This document shows positions 9,326 through 19,004 of a stretch of DNA of 64,000 nucleotides, piece after piece. The notes under the pieces are model-generated. The model did not search any database. It saw nothing but the letters and a program-made list of their open reading frames with translations, and had not been told where the DNA came from. Numbering within the stretch: position 1 is the stretch's first letter; every line of letters starts with the position of its first letter. The translations under genes and the position numbers were made by a program. This DNA comes from Candidatus Dojkabacteria bacterium (lineage in GTDB: Bacteria; Patescibacteriota; Dojkabacteria; SC72), in NCBI GenBank assembly GCA_016182915.1, contig JACPFP010000003.1, positions 187,685 through 251,684 of the forward strand, in the 5' to 3' direction.

Positions 9326-10542
9326 CTAGTTATCTTTCCTATTCCCCTCTGCGTTCTCACTGCTTACTACCCAACTTACACAATCTCCTTGATTTCTAAA
9401 TACTACAGATGAGAAGCTTCTCCAACCATCTGATTTACACATATCTTTAGATGTTGGGAACTCTGGTTCAACAACTGGTTCCTCAAGTGTAAACTCACTA
9501 GTTAGTCTTATACCTGCTTCACCTGCATCTTCAGCTGGATTATAAATAAAGCAGTACATTCCTGGGTCCATTGCAGACATATCACCTGTAAAGGAGAATG
9601 TCTGGTTTGCTGGGTCTGTACTATCAATTGTGGCAACATCTGTCTTACCATCTACATTACCAAATACTGTATTTGTACCTGCTGCACATGTTCCCTGCCT
9701 TACAGCCCATTGTATAGAATCGACCTCATCATCAGTTAGGAATGCTGTAAAATCAACCATACCTGATACGGTAGATCCTGGCAATGGAGAGGTTATTTCC
9801 GCAGATCTTACAACAGGTTCCTCAGCTTCAACTCTAAATGCTGGAAGATATCCTCCCCAACATCCTGCATCTAATCTAAATGTTCCAGTTCCTAAGTTTG
9901 AATCACAGTATGCACCACCCCATGTAGAATTCAAATATGCATCCATCGCAGTTGGCATTGGAGTCCCAACGGAAGCTGCAGGACTAGTTCCTACATTCAG
10001 TGAGTCATAACCACAACCTCCATCTTCTGTGTAGCAAGGAGCATCATTTCCTAAAGGTGCAAGTCCATAGTGTGAAGTGTTATATGCAACGCCAATTATA
10101 AATTGATCTGGAAGTACTACCCCAACAAACTCTGCACTTATCTCAACTGCATAACCGTTAAAACAAGTTTCTCCATTATACCAACCACCTGAAGTACATT
10201 CAGGATCCGTTGATGGTCTATATGGTATGTCGTATGATTGTGTGTTGGTAGCTATTAATGTTCCAACCGTATTATCTGGTCCTACATTATATAGGTTTAT
10301 GGTAATTGGATGAGAGAGTTAACTCTCTCAGTACCAACTAATGAGACCTGTCCTCCAAACTCACTTGTAGAGGTAGCTTCAAATCCAAGGCTTGGTACAT
10401 TACCTGGAAGTGGATCTGGAATACTGTTATATACTACTGCAGAGGCCGCTTCTACCACTCCTGTCACCTTCGGTAGTACATACCCTCCTAGTGCTACTAG
10501 GAATGTAGCTACTACAGCTACAATAAGTAATCTTCTAAACAT
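9326..10542 (-). pseudogene. secreted protein gene split into two overlapping reading frames (signal-peptide fragment 10297..10542 plus open frame 9326..10318); frameshifted or phase-variable
   Basis: Frame A encodes MFRRLLIVAVVATFLVALGG... (signal peptide) and stops at 10297. Frame B is open from 10318 down to 9326 with no start until M at 9958. The two overlap at 10297-10318, exactly at the palindrome gagagagttaactctctc (10312-10329). Confidence 0.4.
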
Positions 10543-10564
10543 GTTAAATAGATTAAAAAGTTAA

Positions 10565-10589
10565 ATAAAAAAACCAGCCCCTAGGCTGG
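10565..10589 (-). terminator. intrinsic terminator downstream of tRNA-Leu (hairpin ccagcc-ccta-ggctgg followed by T-run on minus strand)
   Basis: Perfect 6-bp stem at 10574-10589 preceded on the plus strand by an A9 run, which is a T-run on the minus strand. Confidence 0.5.
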
Positions 10590-10705
10590 ATATACAGATA
10601 AATTATGTCTTCATTAAGTTTGACATACACTCAATGGTACTCACTTTCCTTAGCCAAGTCAACCCTATAGAAAGATTGTAACACAGGGATAAAAGATACG
10701 AGGTT

Positions 10706-10794
10706 TGGTGCCGAGGACAGGACTTGAACCTGCAAGGGATTTAACTCCCACTACCACCTCAAGGTAGCGTGTCTGCCAATTTCACCACCTCGGC
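10706..10794 (-). tRNA. tRNA-Leu (anticodon GAG), long variable arm, CCA encoded
   Basis: Reverse complement gccgaggtggtgaaattggcagacacgctaccttGAGgtggtagtgggagttaaatcccttgcaggttcaagtcctgtcctcggcaCCA. 89 nt, class II tRNA. Confidence 0.8.
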
Positions 10795-10886
10795 TAATTC
10801 AATACTCTCGTATTCTACCAAAAACAATTGCATCCAACAATAATTTAAGGTAATAATATAACTGAATAACTTAAATATAATAACAG

Positions 10887-11735
10887 ATGAACAGTACAAA
10901 AGCTAAAATGACGCTCATGATCGGAGCAGGAGTGGCATTAGGATTGATCTTGATCTCCTCCACCCTATATTCCATCAACTACGGGACCATTGGTGTGGTT
11001 ACAAGGTTTGGAGAGATTGTAGGGAACCCTGCAAAACCAGGATTACATATGAAAATACCTTTTGTAGATAGAGTATTGGTGTATAGAACCCAGAAGATTA
11101 TATACGAAACACTTGCTGCAGATGTATTAGCAAACAGCAACTCAAATGCAAACTACCAAGACTATGCTATAGATACTACAACCAAAGATGGACAGCAGAT
11201 ATCAGTTAGGTATACGGTTAGGTTCTCAATAAATCCAGCAAAGGTGAAGGAGATTGCAGAGAGACTCGGAACTGAATCAGAGGTTGTAGAGAAGATTGTA
11301 AAGACAGATTCAAGAATATGGGCAAGAAATATGCCAAGAAGCTTCTCTGCTTTGGATCTCTATACAGGTAATATCCAGGAGGTGTCAGAACAGATTGCAG
11401 AGAAGTTGAAACCGAGCTTTGAAGAAAATGGAATCATTCTTGATGAGTTCGGTATTAGATCAATCTCATTCCAGGAGGAGTATGTAAATACAATTGAACA
11501 GAAACAGATTGAGAAAGAGAAGATTGCTACGGAGGAGTATAAGGCTCAACAGGAAGATTTCAAGAAGAAAGCCTTAATCACCAAATCACAGGGTGAAGCT
11601 GAGGCACAGAGACTACAGCAAGCAACCTTAAGTGATAATCTAATCAAGAAGTTATACCTAGAGAAGTGGAATGGAATACTTCCAGAGGTTATGACAGGCA
11701 CAAACTCTAGTTTCATATTAGATTTGAATAAGTAA
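10887..11735 (+). CDS. SPFH/band-7 (prohibitin/HflK-like) membrane protein
   Basis: N-terminal TM, then GTIGVVTRFGEIVG...GLHMKIPFVDRV SPFH-domain signature, C-terminal coiled coil. Confidence 0.75.
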   Translation: MNSTKAKMTLMIGAGVALGLILISSTLYSINYGTIGVVTRFGEIVGNPAKPGLHMKIPFVDRVLVYRTQKIIYETLAADVLANSNSNANYQDYAIDTTTKDGQQISVRYTVRFSINPAKVKEIAERLGTESEVVEKIVKTDSRIWARNMPRSFSALDLYTGNIQEVSEQIAEKLKPSFEENGIILDEFGIRSISFQEEYVNTIEQKQIEKEKIATEEYKAQQEDFKKKALITKSQGEAEAQRLQQATLSDNLIKKLYLEKWNGILPEVMTGTNSSFILDLNK

Positions 11736-11753
11736 TATAGATAACTGCCCAAT

Positions 11754-13031
11754 ATGATAATAAAGAGTGTAAAAGCTATTGAGATTCTGGATTCCCGTGG
11801 ATACCCTACCATCTCTACAAAAGTAACGTTTGATAACGGGACTTGGGCAAAGGGAGAAGTTCCTTCAGGAGCATCAACAGGTGATACAGAAGTTTTGGAG
11901 CTTAGAGACGGAGATAAATCTAGATATAGAGGGAAGGGGGTACTCAAAGCTGTAGAAACTGTTAATAATCAGATTGCCAAGGAATTAGTAGGAAAGAATT
12001 TTCAGACACAAGAGGAGTTCGACAAATTCCTCATAAAACTTGACGGAACAAAACTTAAAAACAACCTAGGTGGTAATAGTATTCTTTCGCTCTCTATGGC
12101 TTTCTGTAGAGCAACTGCACTTGAGAAAGCAATTCCCCTATACGAGTACTTCGCCAAACTCTACACTAAAGACAACTATCATAAGTCTGATTTAAAGATG
12201 CCAAATCCTATGATTCTTGTTATGGAGGGTGGACTGCATGGCAACTGGGCCACAGATTTCCAGGAGTATATGGTAGTTCCTGATGAATTTAGATTTGTAA
12301 ATTTCAAGGAGAAACTTAGAGCTAGTGCAGAGATATTCCATGCTATTCACGATATCCTTGTAAAGAAGAAGTATAGTGCAAACGTTGGGTTTGAAGGAGC
12401 ATACGCCCCTAGCGAATTACAATCAAATAAGGAGGCTTTTGACATTATCCTCGAGGGCATTGAGAAGGCAGGATATAAGCCATATATTGATTTTAGGCTT
12501 GCAATTGATGTTGCTGCTTCCGAATTCTATGATGATAAAAAGGATAAGTATGTATTAAGAAGAGAAGGTCTTGAGCTAGGGAGAACTGATTGGTTAGAAA
12601 AACAGTTAGAATGGTTTAAAGAGTATCCAATGTTCTCAATAGAAGATACATTCGATCAGGAGGACTGGGTGGGTTGGCAGTATCTAATGAGAAAAGTTGG
12701 AGACAAGTATCAGATTGTAGGTGACGATCTTCTAACTACCAATGTTGAAAGAATAACCAAGGGTATTAATCTTAAGGCTATGAATGCCGTCCTTATAAAG
12801 TTAAATCAAATTGGTACTGTGACTGAAACAATTGATGCAATCAGATTAACACATGAGGCGGGAATGAAGGCCGTAATATCTCATAGAGGAGGAGAGACAA
12901 ATGATGATATGATTGCAGATCTAGTAGTTGGTACAGGAGCAAGCCAGAGTAAGTTTGGGGGACCAGATAGAGGTGAGAGGCTTGCTAAATACAATAGACT
13001 ATTAGAGATAGAGAGTGAATTAAACATATAA
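11754..13031 (+). CDS. eno: enolase (phosphopyruvate hydratase)
   Basis: IEILDSRGYPTI...SGASTGDTEVLELRDGD and later enolase blocks along the full 425 aa. Confidence 0.95.
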   Translation: MIIKSVKAIEILDSRGYPTISTKVTFDNGTWAKGEVPSGASTGDTEVLELRDGDKSRYRGKGVLKAVETVNNQIAKELVGKNFQTQEEFDKFLIKLDGTKLKNNLGGNSILSLSMAFCRATALEKAIPLYEYFAKLYTKDNYHKSDLKMPNPMILVMEGGLHGNWATDFQEYMVVPDEFRFVNFKEKLRASAEIFHAIHDILVKKKYSANVGFEGAYAPSELQSNKEAFDIILEGIEKAGYKPYIDFRLAIDVAASEFYDDKKDKYVLRREGLELGRTDWLEKQLEWFKEYPMFSIEDTFDQEDWVGWQYLMRKVGDKYQIVGDDLLTTNVERITKGINLKAMNAVLIKLNQIGTVTETIDAIRLTHEAGMKAVISHRGGETNDDMIADLVVGTGASQSKFGGPDRGERLAKYNRLLEIESELNI

Positions 13032-13041
13032 ACTAACTTAA

Positions 13042-13569
13042 TTGCATAAACAAATGGGAATACCTACATTTGAGAGTACAGCAATATCATTAAATGATGC
13101 GGTTCTAAAGTTCGTACCAATAGAGCACTTAGGAAGCGAAGATTATAGAGGGATGAAAGGAGCACTGGGAGAGATTAGAGAATATTTAGAGACATACCCC
13201 AATGAATTAAAAGGTCCAAGTATTATTGGTGATAAAAATTTTAGAAATATAGTAGAAGACATAGCTGGTGGAAAAAGTGAATACTTCACTAAACTATACG
13301 CTTTCGCTACTAAATACCCCAAGCAAGAGATTAAGGATTTGAAACGTGATGAATTTAATATGGTAATAGAAATAGAAACTCGAAATCCAGGTGAGGCTAT
13401 TAGAATAGGGAGAATGAATCCAGCCACATTCAGTGGAGAGTCAGACTCAAAAACATATGGAATCGCTTACGTGAAAGATGGAAAAGTAATTTCTGGTATA
13501 GCGGCTTCACCAAGAACTGGTGGATATTTAGGAACTTCGGTAGGTGCGGAAATTACAATAAAAGAGTAA
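13042..13569 (+). CDS. hypothetical protein
   Basis: 175-aa ORF immediately downstream of eno, no recognisable motif. Confidence 0.35.
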   Translation: MHKQMGIPTFESTAISLNDAVLKFVPIEHLGSEDYRGMKGALGEIREYLETYPNELKGPSIIGDKNFRNIVEDIAGGKSEYFTKLYAFATKYPKQEIKDLKRDEFNMVIEIETRNPGEAIRIGRMNPATFSGESDSKTYGIAYVKDGKVISGIAASPRTGGYLGTSVGAEITIKE

Positions 13570-13616
13570 CACTAAAGTTTACAAACCAACAAGGACATTA
13601 AGGATTAAACGAATTA

Positions 13617-15434
13617 TTAATCTCTATATGAATTTGCCTGTGTATTATATGCATTGGCATATACACCATTAAGTTCCATTAGTTTTCTATGACTACCCTC
13701 CTCCACTATCCTACCCTCTTTCATTACAACAATCCTATCTGCCTTCTTCACAGTAGAGAAGCGATGAGAAATTATAACCACAGTCTTTGACTTTAATTCC
13801 TCGAATAGATTACTAAAAATCTTCGACTCAGAGATTGAGTCCAATGCTGAAGTGGGCTCATCAAGAATTATAACTGGGGGATTTCTATACAAGAATCTCG
13901 CAATTGCGATTTTTTGCCACTGACCTCCACTAGGAGAAACTCCATTTGTAAACTTAGGATCAAGGATTTGTTTCAGACCAAACTCATAACCTTGAACAAA
14001 GGTGTCGGCATCTGCGAGTTTCAAGGCTGACTTAATTCGTTTATCTTCGACACCATTTAGTGAGATATTTGAAGCCAGACTGATATGTCCATAAGTATTA
14101 AAGGATTGTAGTAACATGCCTATATTTTTATACCAGGAATCCATAGATATTTTATTTATATCAACTCCATCAAGTAGGATTTCACCCTTAGTAACAGGGT
14201 AGAAGCCTAAAAGAATATTCATTAGAGTAGACTTACCTGCTCCATTTTCCCCAACAATTGCAACTTTCTCCCCTGGTTCGATAGTTAAGTTTAGATTTCT
14301 AATAACCGTCTTTTTTCCATTAGGATATGCAAAGCTGACATTCTTAAACTCAATCAAAGGCCTATGATCCCTCTCCATCTTAACAAGCTCCACGGTATCA
14401 TCATCCGCAATATTCATCGCTTCCAGTTTCATAGGATCTTTAAGACGCTCCCCACCCTCCCCAACTGCAACCACCATTCCCATGAATTCTTTTAGATTGG
14501 AAATAAAGGATTGGCTGGCAATTATGTAGAATGTTAACTCTCCAATTGTAATATCTCCACTCAAGTATGACTGTAGGGTGATATAGATTAATCCTGAAAA
14601 AGCAACTAGAAGAAGAATTTCAAATACAACAGCAATTGCAGACCTTTTGTACCTCATCTTAAGCAATGTATCATAATACCAAGTATGGAAGTTTTTATAC
14701 TTGTCTATGAAAAATCTGAAAGAGTCAGTCATAATTATCTCCTTAAGAGTTTCTACATTTGATATAACCCCAAAGTGGCGAGAGGAGATCCTTTTATTTT
14801 CCGTATGAAGAATACCAAACTGCCAATCTCTTTTAAGTTCACTACTGTAGAAGAACATTCTAATGAGAGTTACAACAATTATGATCAGTGATATCTGCCA
14901 GGAGACCTGGAAAACTATAACTGAAGAGACCACTGCCGTAACAAACTTAGCCAGTGTAATTGCAATCTTATTCGTTGAATCCCAGAGACTACCGTAAGAG
15001 TCATTAACTCGGTAAACTAAGTTGGCTATATTTGGATCCTCCAACCTCCTTATCCCTAGATTACGAATCTTTCTTACAAAGTAATTTGAGTACTCAAACT
15101 TACTTAGAGATTGGAATGCATTATCAAATCTGCTCCAAACGCTTCCAATAACAAGTGATATGAAAGTAAAGAGGAGAAACCATAGCGTTTTTTCTGTAAT
15201 TTGAGAAATATTTTTGGAGATAACGGCATCAATGAATGTTGCCCAATAAAAGGCATATATAACTCTTTCGACAGAAGTAAAAACGGTTACAATATTTTTA
15301 GCAAAAACTAATCCAGGAAATAGTTTAAAATTTAGTCTATAACTCCAGAGTATGTACTTAACGATATCAATAAGGGATGTTTTCAAACTATTCTCTCCCT
15401 CATCTAGGCGTGTTAGTGTAGGATTTAGAATCAT
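13617..15434 (-). CDS. ABC transporter, fused permease/ATPase (exporter type)
   Basis: Six predicted TM helices then GENGAGKST Walker A, LSGGQWQKIAIAR signature, ILDEPTSALD Walker B. Confidence 0.85.
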   Translation of the reverse strand: MILNPTLTRLDEGENSLKTSLIDIVKYILWSYRLNFKLFPGLVFAKNIVTVFTSVERVIYAFYWATFIDAVISKNISQITEKTLWFLLFTFISLVIGSVWSRFDNAFQSLSKFEYSNYFVRKIRNLGIRRLEDPNIANLVYRVNDSYGSLWDSTNKIAITLAKFVTAVVSSVIVFQVSWQISLIIIVVTLIRMFFYSSELKRDWQFGILHTENKRISSRHFGVISNVETLKEIIMTDSFRFFIDKYKNFHTWYYDTLLKMRYKRSAIAVVFEILLLVAFSGLIYITLQSYLSGDITIGELTFYIIASQSFISNLKEFMGMVVAVGEGGERLKDPMKLEAMNIADDDTVELVKMERDHRPLIEFKNVSFAYPNGKKTVIRNLNLTIEPGEKVAIVGENGAGKSTLMNILLGFYPVTKGEILLDGVDINKISMDSWYKNIGMLLQSFNTYGHISLASNISLNGVEDKRIKSALKLADADTFVQGYEFGLKQILDPKFTNGVSPSGGQWQKIAIARFLYRNPPVIILDEPTSALDSISESKIFSNLFEELKSKTVVIISHRFSTVKKADRIVVMKEGRIVEEGSHRKLMELNGVYANAYNTQANSYRD

Positions 15435-15455
15435 GGTTATACTAATTAGAACTAG

Positions 15456-15995
15456 TTGTTAACTATTATCGTAACAGATATAATTATACCACTCCCCCAA
15501 TTAGATAATTACTTTTGTATTTATATGTTCCCTTTCAACTTATTTAGAACGAAAGATACGGTTCCAACGGAAGAAAATGAGGAGAAGTTCCGAGCATTTA
15601 TAGCTGAGTTTAAAACTGCAATCTCTGCAGTACGTTCGGAGCTATATCAATACGAAGGAATTTTGAATGATATAGAACACTTCCCAATTCTTAAGGAGAA
15701 ACTAGATAACCCAGATCTCTACAATTATCTATTCACAATGGCTTGGATATTCGAACAGAATCACCAAAGACTACTTGAAGAGAAGCATGTTGAAGATCAG
15801 ATGCTGAAAAGAGGTATAAACATGACGTGTGAGTGGATAGAATATAAAGAGATCGTTAACGGGGCAATGCAGGTATGTTTCTACGATAGTGATGGGCATT
15901 ATGTTTTCGAAACTATAATATATATGGACGAAAGTCGGGCGGTGTTAGAGATTAATCCACCAGATGAAGGTCATGAAGCAATAATTCTTTTATAG
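15456..15995 (+). CDS. hypothetical protein
   Basis: 179-aa ORF, no motif. Confidence 0.3.
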   Translation: MLTIIVTDIIIPLPQLDNYFCIYMFPFNLFRTKDTVPTEENEEKFRAFIAEFKTAISAVRSELYQYEGILNDIEHFPILKEKLDNPDLYNYLFTMAWIFEQNHQRLLEEKHVEDQMLKRGINMTCEWIEYKEIVNGAMQVCFYDSDGHYVFETIIYMDESRAVLEINPPDEGHEAIILL

Positions 15996-17087
15996 ACTCA
16001 ACCTTGGATCCCTATCAACATTCTCGATTTCAGCTAATGTTGTGATAACCTCTCCTCTTTGTACAGAATAGTAGCCTGCAATACATATCATCCCTGCATT
16101 ATCACTTCTATAATCTCCTTTTGGATATAGATATCTCAAACCCCTATACTTAACAATCTTCCCGATACTTCTTAAAATATACTCACTACTGAATACTCCA
16201 CCTCCTACAAATACACTTTTAACTTCAGGGTACTTTTCGATTGCCATTTCTAGTTTAATAACTACAGATCTCTCTATAGAGTTAACAAAAGATCTACATA
16301 AATCGTATACCCACTCCTTCTGTGGTATATCTTTCTCCTTAAACTCCTTAATTTTATAAAGCACTGCAGTCTTCAAACCCGAGTAACTAAAATTAAGATC
16401 CTTGGATCTCTCAAGCGGGATTGGAAGAGGTATAACCCCAACCTTTCCTCTCTTTGCAAACTCCGATACAACAGGTCCACCAGGATACCCGAAATCTAAC
16501 ATCCTACCAACTTTATCAAAGGCCTCACCGGCAGCGTCATCCAATGTTAAACCCAACTTTCTATACTGTCCAAATCCCTCAACGTATATAATTTCGGTAT
16601 GTTTACCGGACATTAGTAGTCCTAAGGCTGGAAAGAGGTCTTCAAGCTCTTCATTTGCCACTAATCCTACCCCTTTACTGTTTAGTGTAAGGGAGGAGAG
16701 AAGATGCCCTTCCATATGGTTGACTGCTATTAAAGGTTTGTCGTATTTCCTACACAACTCTTTAGCAAAAGTAATGCCAACCTCAAGGTCGATAGCAAGT
16801 CCAGGTCCCTTTGTGACAGCGACATAATCAACATCTTGAATTGATACTTTCGCTTTTTTAAGAACCTCTTCATACACACCTTGGATATTCTCTTCATGAG
16901 CCCTTTTTGCAATCATAGGAACTACTCCTCCCCATTCTCTGTGGATCTCAACTTGTGTGGCTCTGATACTAGATAGCACTCTTCTACCAACAGATATGGC
17001 AATGGATGTTTCATCACAACTGGTATCAATTCCCAATATTGTGGGTTCTTTTTCCCTCATAATATTCATGCGATTATTATAGCACAA
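15990..17087 (-). CDS. tsaD: tRNA N6-adenosine threonylcarbamoyltransferase TsaD (Kae1/TsaD family)
   Basis: ILGIDTSCDETSIAI N-terminal motif, HMEGH metal-binding motif, ASKH-fold conservation. Confidence 0.9.
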   Translation of the reverse strand: MCYNNRMNIMREKEPTILGIDTSCDETSIAISVGRRVLSSIRATQVEIHREWGGVVPMIAKRAHEENIQGVYEEVLKKAKVSIQDVDYVAVTKGPGLAIDLEVGITFAKELCRKYDKPLIAVNHMEGHLLSSLTLNSKGVGLVANEELEDLFPALGLLMSGKHTEIIYVEGFGQYRKLGLTLDDAAGEAFDKVGRMLDFGYPGGPVVSEFAKRGKVGVIPLPIPLERSKDLNFSYSGLKTAVLYKIKEFKEKDIPQKEWVYDLCRSFVNSIERSVVIKLEMAIEKYPEVKSVFVGGGVFSSEYILRSIGKIVKYRGLRYLYPKGDYRSDNAGMICIAGYYSVQRGEVITTLAEIENVDRDPRLSL

Positions 17088-17122
17088 TAGACAGAAGACT
17101 CCGCCCTATAGTATAATGAAAG

Positions 17123-17470
17123 ATGAATTGTCCCTACTCTAGTTGTCCCTTTAATATAAGGGAAACCTGTACACCACACGACAATAAAGGCTACATATCA
17201 TACAGTGAGGCGGTTTATATTCTTGATCAATGCGAGAACCCAGAGTTACACATAAGAGCTCTATCAATGCTCAATTTTATAGCAATATCTCACTACAGGA
17301 CACTTAGTGATTTGAATGGTCAGATCCCATTTCTTTACCTTGAAAAAGATATTTGTGATTATATGCTCGACGAAAGAGAAGATTACCTCCTCCCCGATTC
17401 TCCCATCTGGCTATCACTGTTTAAAGGGGAAGAGTACCTTTTAGATTTTATTAGTGATGACGTTAGTTAG
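17123..17470 (+). CDS. hypothetical protein
   Basis: 115-aa ORF between the two t6A genes on the opposite strand. Weak evidence. Confidence 0.25.
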   Translation: MNCPYSSCPFNIRETCTPHDNKGYISYSEAVYILDQCENPELHIRALSMLNFIAISHYRTLSDLNGQIPFLYLEKDICDYMLDEREDYLLPDSPIWLSLFKGEEYLLDFISDDVS

Positions 17471-18569
17471 TCTCGTACACAGAGATCTCCCTTTCTTCAA
17501 AGGATAGATATTTGAAGTTAACTTTTACTATCTGTCCTCCATATTCTTTTACAATCTTTTCAAGTTCATTGTAGTACTTATCTGCCCACTCTATAACTAC
17601 AATATCAGATTTTTCCAAGTACTCTTGTAATCCAGATCTTTCAAACTCATTACTATCCTGTATTCTCCATGTGTCCATATGGGCAAGAGTTCTATCTTTT
17701 CCATTATCAGTGTATTTATACTCATTAATTATTGTATAGGTAGGGGAATTAACAACATCCTCAACCTTAAGATAGTTACCAACTCCCTTCGTAAACTGGG
17801 TTTTTCCGGCTCCAAGCTCACCACTGAGAGCAAATACTAGAGGTCCGTTAGTATGTCTCTCTGTAAAGACTCGAGTTATTTCCTCTCCAAAAGCAATAGT
17901 TTCATCAGGAGTTTTAGTTATAAGGGTTGAATATAGCTTAGACTTCTTAATAGCCTGTTCAAACTCAATCTTTCCTTCCCTCAATACCTGGAGACTGTTC
18001 ATTGTAGTATCAAGGACTGTTGATGGAATATTCTTTGGAAGCTCACCTGCATCAATTATCAAGTCAACAGACTCAAAACTCTTCTTGGGGGTTAGTTTAA
18101 GATACTGCTCAATGCTGTATGGAACAGGTTTATATGAGACATTAGCAGAGGTAGCGGTTATTGGCTTTCCAAAAGCTTTAACAATCTCTATAGGGATACT
18201 GTGGTCTGGTATTCTAATACCAATAGTTCCAAATTCGGATTCAACTCCTTTTGCAACTCCTCCCTTGCTTGTAGAGACAACGGTTACTGGCCCCGGCAGA
18301 TAGTTTTTATACAAGTTATCTGCCATTTCATTTATATCTACATACCTACTGGCCATTTCCTTATCGGTAACGGCCATTGAGAAAGGTTTTTGTCCTCTAA
18401 ACCCTTTATACTCGTATAGCATATCAACGGCTTTCTGATTGGTTGCGTCAACGGCAATTCCATAGCATGTTTCAGTTGGATATATAACAGAGCCACCAGC
18501 TTTAAGTACCTTAACAGATTTAATTACTATTTCTTCTAGATTACCCCCTGTTACTTTTATAATCTCCAT
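17463..18569 (-). CDS. fusion of L-threonylcarbamoyladenylate synthase TsaC/YrdC (N-terminal) with t6A ATPase TsaE/YjeE (C-terminal)
   Basis: N-half: YPTETCYGIAVDA, KGFRGQKP, PGPVTVV, IRIPDH, ATSANVS (YrdC/Sua5 motifs). C-half: FALSGELGAGKTQF P-loop, NSPTYTIINEY, HMDTWRI, VVIEWADK (TsaE motifs). Confidence 0.8.
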   Translation of the reverse strand: MEIIKVTGGNLEEIVIKSVKVLKAGGSVIYPTETCYGIAVDATNQKAVDMLYEYKGFRGQKPFSMAVTDKEMASRYVDINEMADNLYKNYLPGPVTVVSTSKGGVAKGVESEFGTIGIRIPDHSIPIEIVKAFGKPITATSANVSYKPVPYSIEQYLKLTPKKSFESVDLIIDAGELPKNIPSTVLDTTMNSLQVLREGKIEFEQAIKKSKLYSTLITKTPDETIAFGEEITRVFTERHTNGPLVFALSGELGAGKTQFTKGVGNYLKVEDVVNSPTYTIINEYKYTDNGKDRTLAHMDTWRIQDSNEFERSGLQEYLEKSDIVVIEWADKYYNELEKIVKEYGGQIVKVNFKYLSFEEREISVYETN

Positions 18570-18656
18570 GTGTATACTATGGTGTATTGACTAGAACACA
18601 TTCTAAATGTAGAATATGTTCTTGAATATATAAATAATCTAAATTATACCACTTAC

Positions 18657-18983
18657 ATGGAAAACCTAGCAGTTACAGACAGTACTTTTGAGCAGAACGT
18701 TCTAAATAGCAAAGGATTAGTTATGGTAGATTTTTGGGCAGCATGGTGCATGCCTTGTTTAATACTTGGACCAATAATTGAAGAGATTGCACATGAGAAA
18801 AAAGACTCAGTTAAGGTTCTGAAGTTGAATGTTGATGAGAATCCTCAGACTTCAATGAAATATCAGGTAATGAGTATTCCAACCGTTATGCTTTTCAAAG
18901 ATGGAAAACCTGTTGAAACTTTCATAGGAGTGCAGCCTAAGGCTGTATACGAAAGGGCAGTAGAGATTCATTCAGGGAAATAG
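18657..18983 (+). CDS. trxA: thioredoxin with non-canonical WCMPC active site
   Basis: VDFWAAWCMPCLILGP and thioredoxin fold length (108 aa). Canonical motif is WCGPC. Confidence 0.85.
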   Translation: MENLAVTDSTFEQNVLNSKGLVMVDFWAAWCMPCLILGPIIEEIAHEKKDSVKVLKLNVDENPQTSMKYQVMSIPTVMLFKDGKPVETFIGVQPKAVYERAVEIHSGK

Positions 18984-19004
18984 ACATATTAGTGAATTAA
19001 AAAT

